DNA of 55,672 nt, from the NCBI GenBank assembly GCA_964548885.1, contig CAZJSQ010000003.1, positions 1 to 55,672 of the forward strand, in the 5' to 3' direction. The notes under the pieces were generated by a model. It saw nothing but the letters and a program-made list of their open reading frames with translations. It searched no databases and had not been told where the DNA came from. This document shows, in pieces, positions 19,375 to 29,316 of the stretch (the stretch's first letter is position 1; each line of letters starts with the position of its first letter). A program made the position numbers and the translations under genes. Origin of the DNA: an uncultured Gammaproteobacteria bacterium (GTDB taxonomy: Bacteria; Patescibacteriota; Patescibacteriia; Patescibacteriales; UBA12465).

Positions 19375-20325
19375 ATGACGACTAAACAGATTTTTGATTT
19401 GGCAATCAAGCTGGGCGTCACTTCCGATTTACGCGGAGAAGATCGAGTCAAGAAATGCCTGTCCCGGCTCCAGAAAAAATATGAGGAAATGCCGGCTAAG
19501 GAGAAAGCCGAGTTTGATTTGGAAAAGTTAAGCAACCCTTATTCCGACTCCCGTCTTTTAGTTGATAACAATCGGCCGCAAATCAAAAAAATTCTGGTCG
19601 GTATTGATATGGAAGGCTCGGAATTATTATTGGCCAAACAGATGGGCGACATCGATCTGGTTATCGCGCATCATCCCGAAGGTTCGGCTTTAGCGGATTT
19701 ATCCGACGTCATGTCCTTACAGGCGCAAGTTTTGGCCGATTATGGCGTGCCGATAAATATCGCCGAGTCAGTCGTTAAGTCGCGGATTTCCGAAGTGAGC
19801 CGCGGCGTATCGCCGCTTAATCATGACCGGGCCGTGGATATGGCCCGTCTTCTCGGTCTGGATTTTATGTGCGTCCATACCCCGGCCGACAATTTAGGCG
19901 CCAATTTTTTGGTTAAATTATTTAAAGCCAAAAAACAGAAATTAGAAACCGTCGGCGATATCTTGGACTTATTAAAAACTATTCCTGAATATCAAGCGGC
20001 CGCGCTTAAAAAGACCGGCCCGACGATTTTCGCCGGCGCGCCGGAACATAGCTGCGGGAAAATTGTGGTGACGGAATTTACCGGCGGCACCTCGGGTTCT
20101 AAAGATATGTATGAAAAGATGGCGCAGTACGGAATCGGCACCATTATCGGCATGCATATGAGCGAAGAGCATCGTAAGGAAGCCGAGAAATATCACTTGA
20201 ACGTCATTATCGCCGGCCATATCGCTTCCGACTCTTTAGGCATGAATCTGTTTTTGGATGAGTTGGAAAAGAAAAAGGTAGAAGTTATCCCGACTTCCGG
20301 GCTGATGCGGATTAAGCGCTTCTAA
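19375..20325 (+). CDS. Nif3-family dinuclear metal-centre protein
   Basis: DLVIAHHPEG and the C-terminal IIAGHIASDSLGMN resemble the two metal-binding His clusters of Nif3/YbgI proteins. The assignment rests on motif resemblance only. Confidence 0.6.
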   Translation: MTTKQIFDLAIKLGVTSDLRGEDRVKKCLSRLQKKYEEMPAKEKAEFDLEKLSNPYSDSRLLVDNNRPQIKKILVGIDMEGSELLLAKQMGDIDLVIAHHPEGSALADLSDVMSLQAQVLADYGVPINIAESVVKSRISEVSRGVSPLNHDRAVDMARLLGLDFMCVHTPADNLGANFLVKLFKAKKQKLETVGDILDLLKTIPEYQAAALKKTGPTIFAGAPEHSCGKIVVTEFTGGTSGSKDMYEKMAQYGIGTIIGMHMSEEHRKEAEKYHLNVIIAGHIASDSLGMNLFLDELEKKKVEVIPTSGLMRIKRF

Positions 20326-20399
20326 TCGTTCCCGTCCGATAGGCCGGATAGGAGTATGAAAATTATGGCAAAAAGGCTTCTTTAAATTGGCTAATATAT

Positions 20400-21698
20400 A
20401 TGAAAAAGTTAGAACTATTGGCCCCGGCCGGGAATATCTTAAAAATGAAAACCGTTTTCGCTCACGGCGCGGACGCGGTTTATTTAGGTATTCCGGAGTT
20501 TTCTCTGCGTGTCAGGATTAATGACTTTGATTTGAAAGATGTGGCCGCGGCAATTAAGTACGCGCACGCGAGAGATAAAAAAGTTTATGTGACGATTAAT
20601 ATTTTCGCCCATAATGAGCATTTGAAAAAACTGCCGACGTATCTGAAGAAATTAAAAAATCTTGAAGCGGACGCGCTGATAATTTCCGATCCGGGAATTA
20701 TCGCGCTTGTTAAAAGAGTCTGGCCGAAGGCGGAAATTCATTTATCAACGCAGGCGAATTGCACAAATTTTGAAGCAGTTAAATTTTGGGCGACACAAGG
20801 AGCGCGGCGGATTATTCTCGCCCGCGAAGTGACTCTGCGGGAAATTGAGGAAATCCACCAGGCCGCGCCTAAAGTTGAACTAGAATATTTTGTTCACGGG
20901 GCGATGTGCATGGCTTATTCCGGCCGCTGTTTTCTGTCTAAATTATTCGCTGACAGGAGCGGCAATCTTGGCGATTGCGCTCAGCCTTGCCGTTGGGAAT
21001 ATGATGTTAAGCGTTATGACTTAAAAACCGGCGGGCATCCGGAGGAACTGGAACTGGTCGAAGAGCGCCACGGCGCTTATCTTTTGAATTCTAAGGATTT
21101 ATGCTTGATAAAATATTTAAAGGAATTGGCCGGCGCCGGCGTGACGAGTTTTAAAATTGAAGGCCGGGCGAAGAGCGTCTATTATCAAGCGACCGTGGTG
21201 GGAATTTATCGTCGAGCCTTAGGGCTGCTCCAGAAAAAAACGCCGCCGGCGAGATTAACAAAAGAATTGGACTATCTTGGCTCGGAATTAAAAACGAAAT
21301 TAGTTCATCGCGGCTATACGGACGGATTTTTATTGGGAGGGAAAGCCGATCAGAATATTTCCGATTCTCACGAAAAGAGCGCCTGGGAATTCTGCGGTCA
21401 AATTTTAGAAGAAGCGCCGGCGCCGCTCCGGCGTAATTTAGCCAAGTTAAAGCTGGCTAATCCGGTTGTTTTTCAAGTTCATAACACTATCCGGATTAAT
21501 GAGGCCATAGAGATTATCAGACCCGGATATGATATAATCAAGTTAAGGCCGAAAAATATTTGGGACGCGGCCACCGGCGCGGTCATAAAAGAGGCGCATG
21601 GCGGCGGGGGCGGACAAATCGCGATTTTGGATTTGCCGAAGAAGATAGGATTAGTTCCGCCGTTATCAGTTATAAGAAGATTAATTAATAATTTATGA
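20400..21698 (+). CDS. Peptidase U32 family protein
   Basis: LELLAPAGN start and the U32 signature EYFVHGAMCMAYSGRCFLS. Confidence 0.85.
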   Translation: MKKLELLAPAGNILKMKTVFAHGADAVYLGIPEFSLRVRINDFDLKDVAAAIKYAHARDKKVYVTINIFAHNEHLKKLPTYLKKLKNLEADALIISDPGIIALVKRVWPKAEIHLSTQANCTNFEAVKFWATQGARRIILAREVTLREIEEIHQAAPKVELEYFVHGAMCMAYSGRCFLSKLFADRSGNLGDCAQPCRWEYDVKRYDLKTGGHPEELELVEERHGAYLLNSKDLCLIKYLKELAGAGVTSFKIEGRAKSVYYQATVVGIYRRALGLLQKKTPPARLTKELDYLGSELKTKLVHRGYTDGFLLGGKADQNISDSHEKSAWEFCGQILEEAPAPLRRNLAKLKLANPVVFQVHNTIRINEAIEIIRPGYDIIKLRPKNIWDAATGAVIKEAHGGGGGQIAILDLPKKIGLVPPLSVIRRLINNL

Positions 21699-22267
21699 TC
21701 TCATTTCTACGCGGCCGGATAATAAGCAAGGGTCTTAGTTACGCGATTATTGAAACGCATGATATCGGTTATCAGGTTTTTGCGGCCGAGACTTTGCTTA
21801 ACGATTTAAAAATCGGCGCGGAGACCGAATTATATACGCATCATCAAGTTAAGGAAGACGCCAGTAATTTATACGGCTTCAAATCTCTGGAAGACTTGGA
21901 ATTATTTGAATTGTTTTTGACAGTTTCCGGCGTCGGCCCGAAATCCGCCCTGGGAGTATTAAGCATCGCTTCCGCCGCCGATATCAAAGAAGCGATTGTC
22001 CGAGGCGATGCCAATCTCTTAACTAAAGTTTCCGGCATCGGCAAGAAGACGGCCGAGCGTTTGGTTCTAGAATTAAAAACTAAAATAATGCGTTCCGGCG
22101 GCAGTTCAATAACTTTAAATTCCGCGGCCGCTTCCGGCAGTGACGAAATAGACGCCTTGATGTCTTTGGGGTATTCCTTATCGGAAGCGCGGGCGGCTTT
22201 GAATTCCGTGGATCAGGAGCTGACCGATAGCGGCGAGCGAGTAAAAGCGGCGCTAAGAAAGATGTAG
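21695..22267 (+). CDS. ruvA: Holliday junction DNA helicase subunit RuvA
   Basis: ISFLRGRI start, YGF...E...F..L..VSGVGPKSALGVLS helix-hairpin-helix, and a second HhH VSGIGKKTAERL. ATGA overlap with the upstream gene. No ruvB lies adjacent. Confidence 0.9.
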   Translation: MISFLRGRIISKGLSYAIIETHDIGYQVFAAETLLNDLKIGAETELYTHHQVKEDASNLYGFKSLEDLELFELFLTVSGVGPKSALGVLSIASAADIKEAIVRGDANLLTKVSGIGKKTAERLVLELKTKIMRSGGSSITLNSAAASGSDEIDALMSLGYSLSEARAALNSVDQELTDSGERVKAALRKM

Positions 22268-22342
22268 CGAATAATTTTAAAGCGTAAATGATTATTTGAG
22301 ACGCAATAATTATTTAAGACGCCAATGCCTATATAATTACCC

Positions 22343-22384
22343 GGCTCTTGAAGATTGAATTATCTTTACAAGAGCCTGTTTTTT
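22343..22384 (+). terminator. Intrinsic terminator after ruvA
   Basis: GGCTCTTG(AAGA)...(TCTT)..CAAGAGCC stem followed by TGTTTTTT. Confidence 0.7.
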
Positions 22385-22405
22385 GGTTAAGATGTAGATA
22401 ATTAT

Positions 22406-23842
22406 ATGTCTATAAATGAAAAAAGAACAATTACTAAACAAGCTGACGATTTTCCGGCCTGGTATCAAGATGTTGTCAAGGAGGCGGAACTAGCCGAATC
22501 TTCGGAGGTTCGAGGCTGTGGTGTTGTTCGTCCCTATGGTCTAAAAATATGGGAATTGACCAAAGCCGAATTGAATCGACGGTTGGAAGAGGACGGAGTA
22601 GAGAATGTCTACTTTCCGATTTTTGTCCCCCTGGAGAACTTAGAGGCCGAAAAAGATCATATTGAAGGGTTTTCTCCGGAGTTGGCAATCGTGACTCACG
22701 CCGGCGGCGAAGAATTAGTTAATAAACTAGCTATTCGTCCGACTAGCGAGGCTGCGATGTATAAAACTTACGCTAAATGGATACAAAGTTATAAAGATTT
22801 GCCGCTCCGTCTCAATCAGTGGGCTAATGTTGTTCGTTGGGAAAAAAGACCGCGCGCTTTCTTGCGTTGGAGTGAATTCTTGTGGCAGGAAGGACATACT
22901 GTTTTTGCGACCGAAGATGAGGCGAGAGATGAAGCTAAAAAAATGTTAAAAGTATATCAGGATATTTACGAATTCATGGCTATACCGACTTTTGCCGGAA
23001 AAAAATCCGAAAGCGAAAAATTCGCGGGAGCGGTAGAAACTTTAACGGTGGAAGTTATGGCTAAGGATGGTAAAGCTATCCAGGGGGCGACCAGCCACTA
23101 CTTAGGAACTAATTTTGCTAAAGTATTTGGAGTCAATTACTTGGGAGCGGACGGTGAATCGCATTTAGGTCATCAGAACAGCTGGGGCTTATCTTGGCGG
23201 TCTGTCGGAGCTTTAATTATGGTTCATGGCGATGACAATGGCTTGCGCTTGCCGCCGAATATCGCGCCTATTCAGATAGTTTTAGTGCCGATATATCGAG
23301 ATGAGGCCGGACGAGCGCAGGTTTTAGATTTCTGTGAAAATTTAGAAAAAGATTTGTCCGGAAAGTATCGTTTAAAAATTGATGATCGCGAAGCGCAAAC
23401 GCCGGGATTTAAATTTAATTATTGGGAGGTACGCGGCGTGCCGGTACGTTTAGAAATAGGTCTGAAAGAAGTGACTGAGAAACAAGCGACTATTTTCAGA
23501 AGAGATACGGGCAGTAAGGAAAAAATTATGGTTGCCGACTTGAATAAATATCTAAAGAAGATAATGAGAGAAATTCATAAAAATTTATATAAACAAGCGC
23601 AGGATTTTGCGCAGTCCCATATCCATAAAATTAAGAGCTGGGAAGAAATCGATGACCGGATTGGCTGGTTTGAAGCTAGTTGGAGCGAGGACCCGGAAAC
23701 TGAAAAACTATTAAAAGAAAAGTATGGCATGGTATCGCGCGTCTTATTGCCGGCATCCGAAGCCAAAAGGCCGCGTAATAAAAAATGTTTCATCAGCGGC
23801 CGGCCGGCTAAGCATGATTGGCTATTCGCTAGGAGTTATTAA
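22406..23842 (+). CDS. proS: Prolyl-tRNA synthetase, archaeal/eukaryotic type
   Basis: 478 aa with no bacterial INS editing domain. WYQDVVKEAELAE, IRPTSE and GATSHYLGTNFAK are present, and the protein ends in the terminal Tyr characteristic of this ProRS type. Confidence 0.87.
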   Translation: MSINEKRTITKQADDFPAWYQDVVKEAELAESSEVRGCGVVRPYGLKIWELTKAELNRRLEEDGVENVYFPIFVPLENLEAEKDHIEGFSPELAIVTHAGGEELVNKLAIRPTSEAAMYKTYAKWIQSYKDLPLRLNQWANVVRWEKRPRAFLRWSEFLWQEGHTVFATEDEARDEAKKMLKVYQDIYEFMAIPTFAGKKSESEKFAGAVETLTVEVMAKDGKAIQGATSHYLGTNFAKVFGVNYLGADGESHLGHQNSWGLSWRSVGALIMVHGDDNGLRLPPNIAPIQIVLVPIYRDEAGRAQVLDFCENLEKDLSGKYRLKIDDREAQTPGFKFNYWEVRGVPVRLEIGLKEVTEKQATIFRRDTGSKEKIMVADLNKYLKKIMREIHKNLYKQAQDFAQSHIHKIKSWEEIDDRIGWFEASWSEDPETEKLLKEKYGMVSRVLLPASEAKRPRNKKCFISGRPAKHDWLFARSY

Positions 23843-23865
23843 TCTATTCGGTTTAAATTTAATCT

Positions 23866-24906
23866 ATGTTCAATAAACTGCTCGGAAAATTCAGCCATGA
23901 TTTAGGAATCGACCTGGGGACTAAGAATACCCTGGTTTATGTCGTGGATAAAGGTCTGATCATTAATGAACCGAGCGTCGTCGCCATTAATAAGCGGACG
24001 AATGAAATCTTGGAAGTCGGGGAAGCCGCCAAGAAGATGGTCGGCAAGACGCCGGGGCATATTGAAACGATCAAGCCGCTAATTGAGGGAATTATTTCCG
24101 ATTTTGAAGTGACGGAAAAGATGCTTAAATATTTTATAAATAAAGTCCATGCCGAGCATTTTACCCTTATTTCCCGGCCGCGCGTCGTTATCGGCATTCC
24201 GCTGGATCTGACGGAAGTCGAGAAAAAAGCGGTGGAAGACGCCGCGAAATCCGCCGGCGCCCGAAAAGTTTATCTAATCGAGGAAGCGATGGCCGCCGCT
24301 ATCGGCGCGCGTTTGCCGGTGACCGAAGCGACCGCGACCATGATTGTCGATATCGGCGGCGGCACGACCGAAATCGCCGTTATTTCTCTGGGTGGCGTCG
24401 TCACTTGGAAATCGCTCAAAGCGGCCGGCAATGAATTTGATAATGATATTATCGAGTATATCCGCGAAGAATTTAATATCCTGATCGGCGAACAGCTGGC
24501 GGAAGCGATTAAGATCGCCGTCGGTTCGGCCATGCCCCTGGAAACGCCGACGGAAATCGAGGTGCGCGGCCGCGACCTGGTGACCGGTTTGCCGAAAGCT
24601 TTAATGGTCAGCGATAAGCAGATTCGGGAAGCGATCAGCCGCACGGTCGTTAAGATAATCGATAATATCAAGACGATTCTAGAAACAACTCCGCCGGAAC
24701 TGGTATCCGATATCTATGAGCGCGGACTTTATTTGTCCGGCGGCGGCGCCTTGCTTCGCGGTTTAGACAAAGCGATTTCTCTGGCCACGAAAATTCCGGT
24801 TAAAATTTCCGACGATCCGCTGACCTGTGTGGTCCGCGGCACCGGAATTTTATTAACCGATAAGGAATTATTGGCGAAAGTCCTCTTGCCTTCAAATACC
24901 GATTAA
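23866..24906 (+). CDS. mreB: Rod-shape-determining actin homologue MreB (copy 1)
   Basis: GIDLGTKNT (phosphate 1), DIGGGTTEIAVISLGG (phosphate 2) and LSGGGALLRGL (adenosine). Followed by mreC and mreD. Confidence 0.95.
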   Translation: MFNKLLGKFSHDLGIDLGTKNTLVYVVDKGLIINEPSVVAINKRTNEILEVGEAAKKMVGKTPGHIETIKPLIEGIISDFEVTEKMLKYFINKVHAEHFTLISRPRVVIGIPLDLTEVEKKAVEDAAKSAGARKVYLIEEAMAAAIGARLPVTEATATMIVDIGGGTTEIAVISLGGVVTWKSLKAAGNEFDNDIIEYIREEFNILIGEQLAEAIKIAVGSAMPLETPTEIEVRGRDLVTGLPKALMVSDKQIREAISRTVVKIIDNIKTILETTPPELVSDIYERGLYLSGGGALLRGLDKAISLATKIPVKISDDPLTCVVRGTGILLTDKELLAKVLLPSNTD

Positions 24907-24907
24907 T

Positions 24908-25711
24908 ATGGTCATAATCAAAAAAAACCGTTTGATAATCTCCGGTTTGATAATCGCCGCCCTCTTGTTTTTTTTGCATCTGATCGGAATCTCGCGTCCG
25001 GCGGAAAATTTTTTGTCTTATCTGATAAAGCCGATCGCCGGCCGTTTTTATAAGGCCGGGGCGGATCTTAAAATAGTTTATGACGCCAATAATAACCCGG
25101 AAGATCTGAACGCTAAAGTTGAGCGCCTGACTAAGGAAGTGGCCGTTTTGACCGTGGCCAATTCCCGGAGTTTGGAAATAGAGGAAGAAAATCGGAAATT
25201 GCGCGAGGCTTTGAAATTTGTCGGTAATGATAATTCCCGCGTCGTGGTCGCGAGCGTTATCGCCAAGGAAGCGGCGGCCGAAGACAGCCTGGGATTGATC
25301 ATTAATCGCGGCGCCAAGGACGGCTTAGTCGCCGGTTTGGCGGTGGTCAGCGAAGAAGGTCTGATTGTCGGCAAGGTTTTAGAAACCAAAGATACGACCG
25401 CCAAGATTTGTTTGACAATCAATCGGGATTGCCAGCTCGCGGCGGCTATCCAGAATTCCAATAAGACTCAAGGAATTACCGACGGCGACCTTGGCTTGAC
25501 CATCAAGATGAGTTATATTCCGCAATTAGAGAAGATAGCTCCCGGCGATATCGTTATCACTTCCGGACTCGGCGAACATATCGCCCGCGGTCTGGTTATC
25601 GGTCGAATCGCGCAAGTTTATAACGAGAGTAATGAAGTTTGGCAGTCGGCGACTATCGAGCCTCTAGTCAACTTGAGTAATTTAACTATCGTGGCCGTTA
25701 TCATTCCTTAA
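24908..25711 (+). CDS. mreC: Rod-shape protein MreC
   Basis: N-terminal TM, a coiled-coil (LTKEVAVLTVANSRSLEIEEENRKLRE), and beta-barrel segments (GAKDGLVAGLAVVS, GDIVITSGLG). Syntenic position after mreB. Confidence 0.85.
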   Translation: MVIIKKNRLIISGLIIAALLFFLHLIGISRPAENFLSYLIKPIAGRFYKAGADLKIVYDANNNPEDLNAKVERLTKEVAVLTVANSRSLEIEEENRKLREALKFVGNDNSRVVVASVIAKEAAAEDSLGLIINRGAKDGLVAGLAVVSEEGLIVGKVLETKDTTAKICLTINRDCQLAAAIQNSNKTQGITDGDLGLTIKMSYIPQLEKIAPGDIVITSGLGEHIARGLVIGRIAQVYNESNEVWQSATIEPLVNLSNLTIVAVIIP

Positions 25712-25775
25712 GAACCCCGGTCATTCCTTAGGTTAAGTTTTTTTAATATCCAGTTCGTCGGAATTATATGGGATT

Positions 25776-26309
25776 ATGTTAAAAAAAATCGGGCAGATAT
25801 TTTTTTTAGTTCTATTGTTTTCGGGCGTCGCAATCGTCCAGTTTTCTTTTATTTTAGCGCTGCCGCCGGTTTTTAATCAGATAAATCTGCCGGTGATAGT
25901 TTTGGTCTTCACTTTATTTTTTTTCGGCCTCCGACCGGCGCTTTACGCCGCCATCATTTTGGGCGGCTGCCTGGATCTTTACTCTTTTAATTTTTTCGGA
26001 CTTTATCTGTTTCTTTTTTGTCTGACCGTCATCCTCGTTAACTGGATACTTAAGGCCTGGCTGACCAACCGTTCTTTATATTCTTTCCTGTTATTAATGT
26101 TAATCGCGACGCTGGCCTTCGGCTTGGCGTCGGGTTTCCTGTCTTATTTTTCCGCCTTGTCTTCCGGCGGTTTCTTTTTATGGAGCGGCGCCTTCTGGTC
26201 AAGGCTGTTTTATCAGATGATTTGGAGCGAACTGGCCGGCTTGCTCTTGTTTAGTCTGACCGGCGCGACGGCTCGCCGCTTCCAGCCCTTTTTTCTGGAG
26301 AAAAGATAA
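25776..26309 (+). CDS. mreD: MreD-like polytopic membrane protein
   Basis: 177 aa with about five TM segments, directly downstream of mreBC. The call rests mainly on synteny and topology. Confidence 0.6.
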   Translation: MLKKIGQIFFLVLLFSGVAIVQFSFILALPPVFNQINLPVIVLVFTLFFFGLRPALYAAIILGGCLDLYSFNFFGLYLFLFCLTVILVNWILKAWLTNRSLYSFLLLMLIATLAFGLASGFLSYFSALSSGGFFLWSGAFWSRLFYQMIWSELAGLLLFSLTGATARRFQPFFLEKR

Positions 26310-26397
26310 TTTTTGGAGCCAGGTTTTTGGAGAAAGGGGCGCCTTATGTTATTATATAAATAATCAATTTTAATAAGACATTTTATTAACAGCTATT

Positions 26398-27375
26398 ATG
26401 TACGATTTTATAACCATCGGCGGGACAACACGCGACATTTCCTTTTTCACCGATCAGGGGGTATTGCTGAACAATGACACGGATATTTTACGCCAGAAAC
26501 TTCTAGCGTTTGAATCGGGCGCGAAAATAAAGGTTGATAAATTTTATTATTCTTACGGCGGCGGGGCGGCTAATGCCGCGGTCTGTCTGGCTAATTTCGG
26601 CTTAAAGACCGCCTGTCTCGCGCCGGTCGGCGACGACAGGGACGGGCGTTTGATTATTGAAAATTTGCGGGCGCGGCGGGTGGATACGCGCTTGATGGAT
26701 AAGATAAAAAATGAAGAAAGCGGTTCTTCGTTTATTCTGATTGCTCCGGACGGTGAAAGGATAATTTTCGCCCAGCGCGCCGCCAATACGAGTTTGGCGA
26801 TAAACGAAAAAGATATTTCTTATTTAAAGAAGACCGGAGGCATCTACATCGCCTCTTTGGCCGGTGATTGGCCGGGAAATTTGAGGAAGATTTTTTCCGT
26901 CGTCGGCGCTAAGGGCCCGAATGTCTTTTGGAATCCGGGGATGACGCAGCTGCTGGGCGGAGCGGAGAAGATAAAAATGTATCTGAAAAAGACGACCGTG
27001 CTCGCTTGCAATAAAGATGAAGCGCTGGCTTTAGTCTTGAATTCCGAGGGTTATAAGAATGCCGATCATGAAGTTTTAAATAAGACGGAGAGTCTCATTA
27101 AGATCATCCATAGCTTCGGTCCCAAAATCGTGGTCATTACTCTGGGGAGCGACGGCGTGATGGTTTTTGACGGCCGGAAGGTTTATCGGCATGAGATTTT
27201 GCAAGAGAAGAAGCGCGTGGATACGACCGGCGTCGGCGATATTTTCAATTCCTCTTTTGCCGCCGGCTGGACTTTACTCAAAGGCGATATTGATAAAGCC
27301 CTGCATTTAAGCTTGCAGAACGCCGCCGCTAAAGTCGCCCATGTCGGCGCTCAGACCGGCTTAATCAAGATTTAA
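26398..27375 (+). CDS. PfkB-family carbohydrate kinase
   Basis: GGGAANAA near the N-terminus and the C-terminal DTTGVGDIFNSSFAAG (the PfkB anion-hole/catalytic Asp motif). Substrate cannot be determined from the sequence. Confidence 0.8.
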   Translation: MYDFITIGGTTRDISFFTDQGVLLNNDTDILRQKLLAFESGAKIKVDKFYYSYGGGAANAAVCLANFGLKTACLAPVGDDRDGRLIIENLRARRVDTRLMDKIKNEESGSSFILIAPDGERIIFAQRAANTSLAINEKDISYLKKTGGIYIASLAGDWPGNLRKIFSVVGAKGPNVFWNPGMTQLLGGAEKIKMYLKKTTVLACNKDEALALVLNSEGYKNADHEVLNKTESLIKIIHSFGPKIVVITLGSDGVMVFDGRKVYRHEILQEKKRVDTTGVGDIFNSSFAAGWTLLKGDIDKALHLSLQNAAAKVAHVGAQTGLIKI

Positions 27376-27432
27376 TTTTTAGTTTTATTCTATTGATTCT
27401 ATCGAAGTATTTGATAGATTGAAATATCCTTT

Positions 27433-27885
27433 ATGATTAATGGAGTGATTATCAGAAAAATAGAAAAATACGAAGACAATCGCGGTTGGCTGGCGGAAAT
27501 CTTCCGTCGCGATGAACTGGACTTCGATATGGCCATGGCTTACGCCAGTCAGACGAAGCCGGGCGTAATCCGCGGTCCGCACGAGCATACGGAGCAGAGC
27601 GACTGCTTTATCTTTTTGGGTCCGGGTTCTTTCCGTTTGTACCTTTGGGATCGCCGCGCTGACTCATCAACCTGGAGCGAGACTTTAGAAATTGAGGTCG
27701 GAGCCGATAACCCGAGCTTGGTTATCGTGCCGCCGGGCGTCGTTCACGGCTATAAATGCGTTTCCGCTCTTCCGGCTTTAGTCATTAATTTCCCCGATAA
27801 ATTATATAAAGGTGAAGGGAAGAAAGAGGAGATTGATGAAATCAGATGGGAGACGAAAAAAGACAGCCCGTACAGAATAAAATAA
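27433..27885 (+). CDS. RmlC-like cupin (dTDP-4-dehydrorhamnose 3,5-epimerase-related)
   Basis: 150 aa. EDNRGWLAEIFR and IRGPHEH...VPPGVVHGY resemble short RmlC-family cupins. Located next to rmlB. Confidence 0.6.
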   Translation: MINGVIIRKIEKYEDNRGWLAEIFRRDELDFDMAMAYASQTKPGVIRGPHEHTEQSDCFIFLGPGSFRLYLWDRRADSSTWSETLEIEVGADNPSLVIVPPGVVHGYKCVSALPALVINFPDKLYKGEGKKEEIDEIRWETKKDSPYRIK

Positions 27886-27887
27886 AT

Positions 27888-28283
27888 ATGTGCATTTTTT
27901 GTAAAATCATCAGTGGCGAAATTCCGGCTTATAAGGTTTATGAAGATGATAAGACGCTGGCGTTTCTAGATATCAACCAGGTTAATCCCGGCCATACTTT
28001 AATCGTTCCGAAAAATCATTATGTCAACCTGGAAGCGATTCCGGCGGAAGAATTAAGCGCGCTGATAATCGCGGTCAAGAAAGTCGGCGCTTTACTTAAA
28101 AATAAGCTCGGGGTCGGCGGTTATAATATCACGGCCAATAACGACCCGATTGCCGGCCAAATAATACCGCATCTGCATTTTCATGTTATTCCGCGCCGCG
28201 AGGGCGACGGCCTGAAATTATGGCCGCAGCAAAAATATAAGGAAGGCGAAGCGGAAGAGATAATAAAGAAACTAAAAGGCTAA
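27888..28283 (+). CDS. HIT-family (histidine triad) nucleotide hydrolase/transferase
   Basis: CIFCKII start and the HLHFHVIPR histidine triad. I prefer ATG 27888 over the ORF opening at 27846, which overlaps the upstream gene. Confidence 0.88.
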   Translation: MCIFCKIISGEIPAYKVYEDDKTLAFLDINQVNPGHTLIVPKNHYVNLEAIPAEELSALIIAVKKVGALLKNKLGVGGYNITANNDPIAGQIIPHLHFHVIPRREGDGLKLWPQQKYKEGEAEEIIKKLKG

Positions 28284-28287
28284 TATT

Positions 28288-29250
28288 ATGAAACTACTCG
28301 TTACCGGCGGCGCCGGCTTCATCGGTTCCAACTTCATCCATTATTGGCTGAAGAATTATCCTGAAGACAGAATAATCAACCTGGATGCGCTGACTTACGC
28401 CGGGAATCTTGATAACCTTAAGGATTTAGAGGGTCAGGCCAATTATGAATTCGTTAAAGGTGATATCTGTGACGCGACTTTAGTCAATAACTTAGTCAAA
28501 GGCGTTGGTTTAATAGTCAATTTCGCGGCCGAAAGCCACGTCGATCGCTCCATTAAGAATAGCTTTGATTTCATTAAGACGAACGTCGGAGGGACGCGCG
28601 TCCTCCTGGAAGCCGCGAAAAATAACGGTAATGTTCGTTTTCATCATATTTCCACCGATGAAGTTTTCGGAGCTTTGGAATTCGGGGCGCCGCCGTTCAA
28701 TGAAAAGACGCCTTATGATCCGCGTTCGCCCTATAGCGCTTCCAAAGCCGCTTCCGATCATCTGGTCCGCGCTTATTATCATACCTATAAATTGCCGATT
28801 ACTATTTCTAATTGCTCCAATAATTACGGGCCGTACCAGTATCCGGAAAAGCTGATTCCGCTTTTTATCACCAACTTAATGGCCGGAAAACCGGTTCCGG
28901 TTTATGGCGCCGGTGTCAATGTCCGCGACTGGATTCATGTTGACGACCATAATCGCGGCGTGGATATGATAATCAAGAAAGGGAAAATAGGAGAAACTTA
29001 TTGTCTGGGCGGAAATAACGAAAAAACCAATTTGGAAATCACCGGCTTGATCTTAAGTTTAATGGGTAAGGGGGAAGAGATGATTGAATACGTTCCTGAT
29101 CGCTTAGGCCATGATTTAAGATACGCGATTGATTTTTCTAAAGCGAAGAAAGAATTAGGCTGGGAGCCGCTTCTATCTTTTACGGACGGCTTGCGCGCCA
29201 CCGTCGACTGGTATAAGGTTAATGTGGCTTGGTGGAAAAAGTTAAAATAA
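28288..29250 (+). CDS. rfbB: dTDP-glucose 4,6-dehydratase
   Basis: LLVTGGAGFIGSNF, FHHISTDEVFG and YSASKAASDHLVRAY (YxxxK). Confidence 0.92.
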   Translation: MKLLVTGGAGFIGSNFIHYWLKNYPEDRIINLDALTYAGNLDNLKDLEGQANYEFVKGDICDATLVNNLVKGVGLIVNFAAESHVDRSIKNSFDFIKTNVGGTRVLLEAAKNNGNVRFHHISTDEVFGALEFGAPPFNEKTPYDPRSPYSASKAASDHLVRAYYHTYKLPITISNCSNNYGPYQYPEKLIPLFITNLMAGKPVPVYGAGVNVRDWIHVDDHNRGVDMIIKKGKIGETYCLGGNNEKTNLEITGLILSLMGKGEEMIEYVPDRLGHDLRYAIDFSKAKKELGWEPLLSFTDGLRATVDWYKVNVAWWKKLK

Positions 29251-29262
29251 TTTATTACCCCC

Positions 29263-29305
29263 GAAGAATCGCGGATTATCCGACGCCGGTAATCCGTAAT
29301 TCTTC
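29263..29305 (+). other. Long imperfect hairpin between rfbB and the receiver gene, with no U-tract
   Basis: GAAGAAT/ATTCTTC outer stem, CGGATTA/TAATCCG inner stem, and CCG/CGG apical pairs. Confidence 0.5.
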
Positions 29306-29316
29306 CTCGAATAAAT

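Noticed and set aside
24270-25461. Antisense ORFs of 133 aa and 127 aa opposite mreB and mreC.
   Set aside because: They lie opposite well-supported genes and have no motifs. Their Ser/Thr/Arg/Ile-rich composition is typical of shadow frames.
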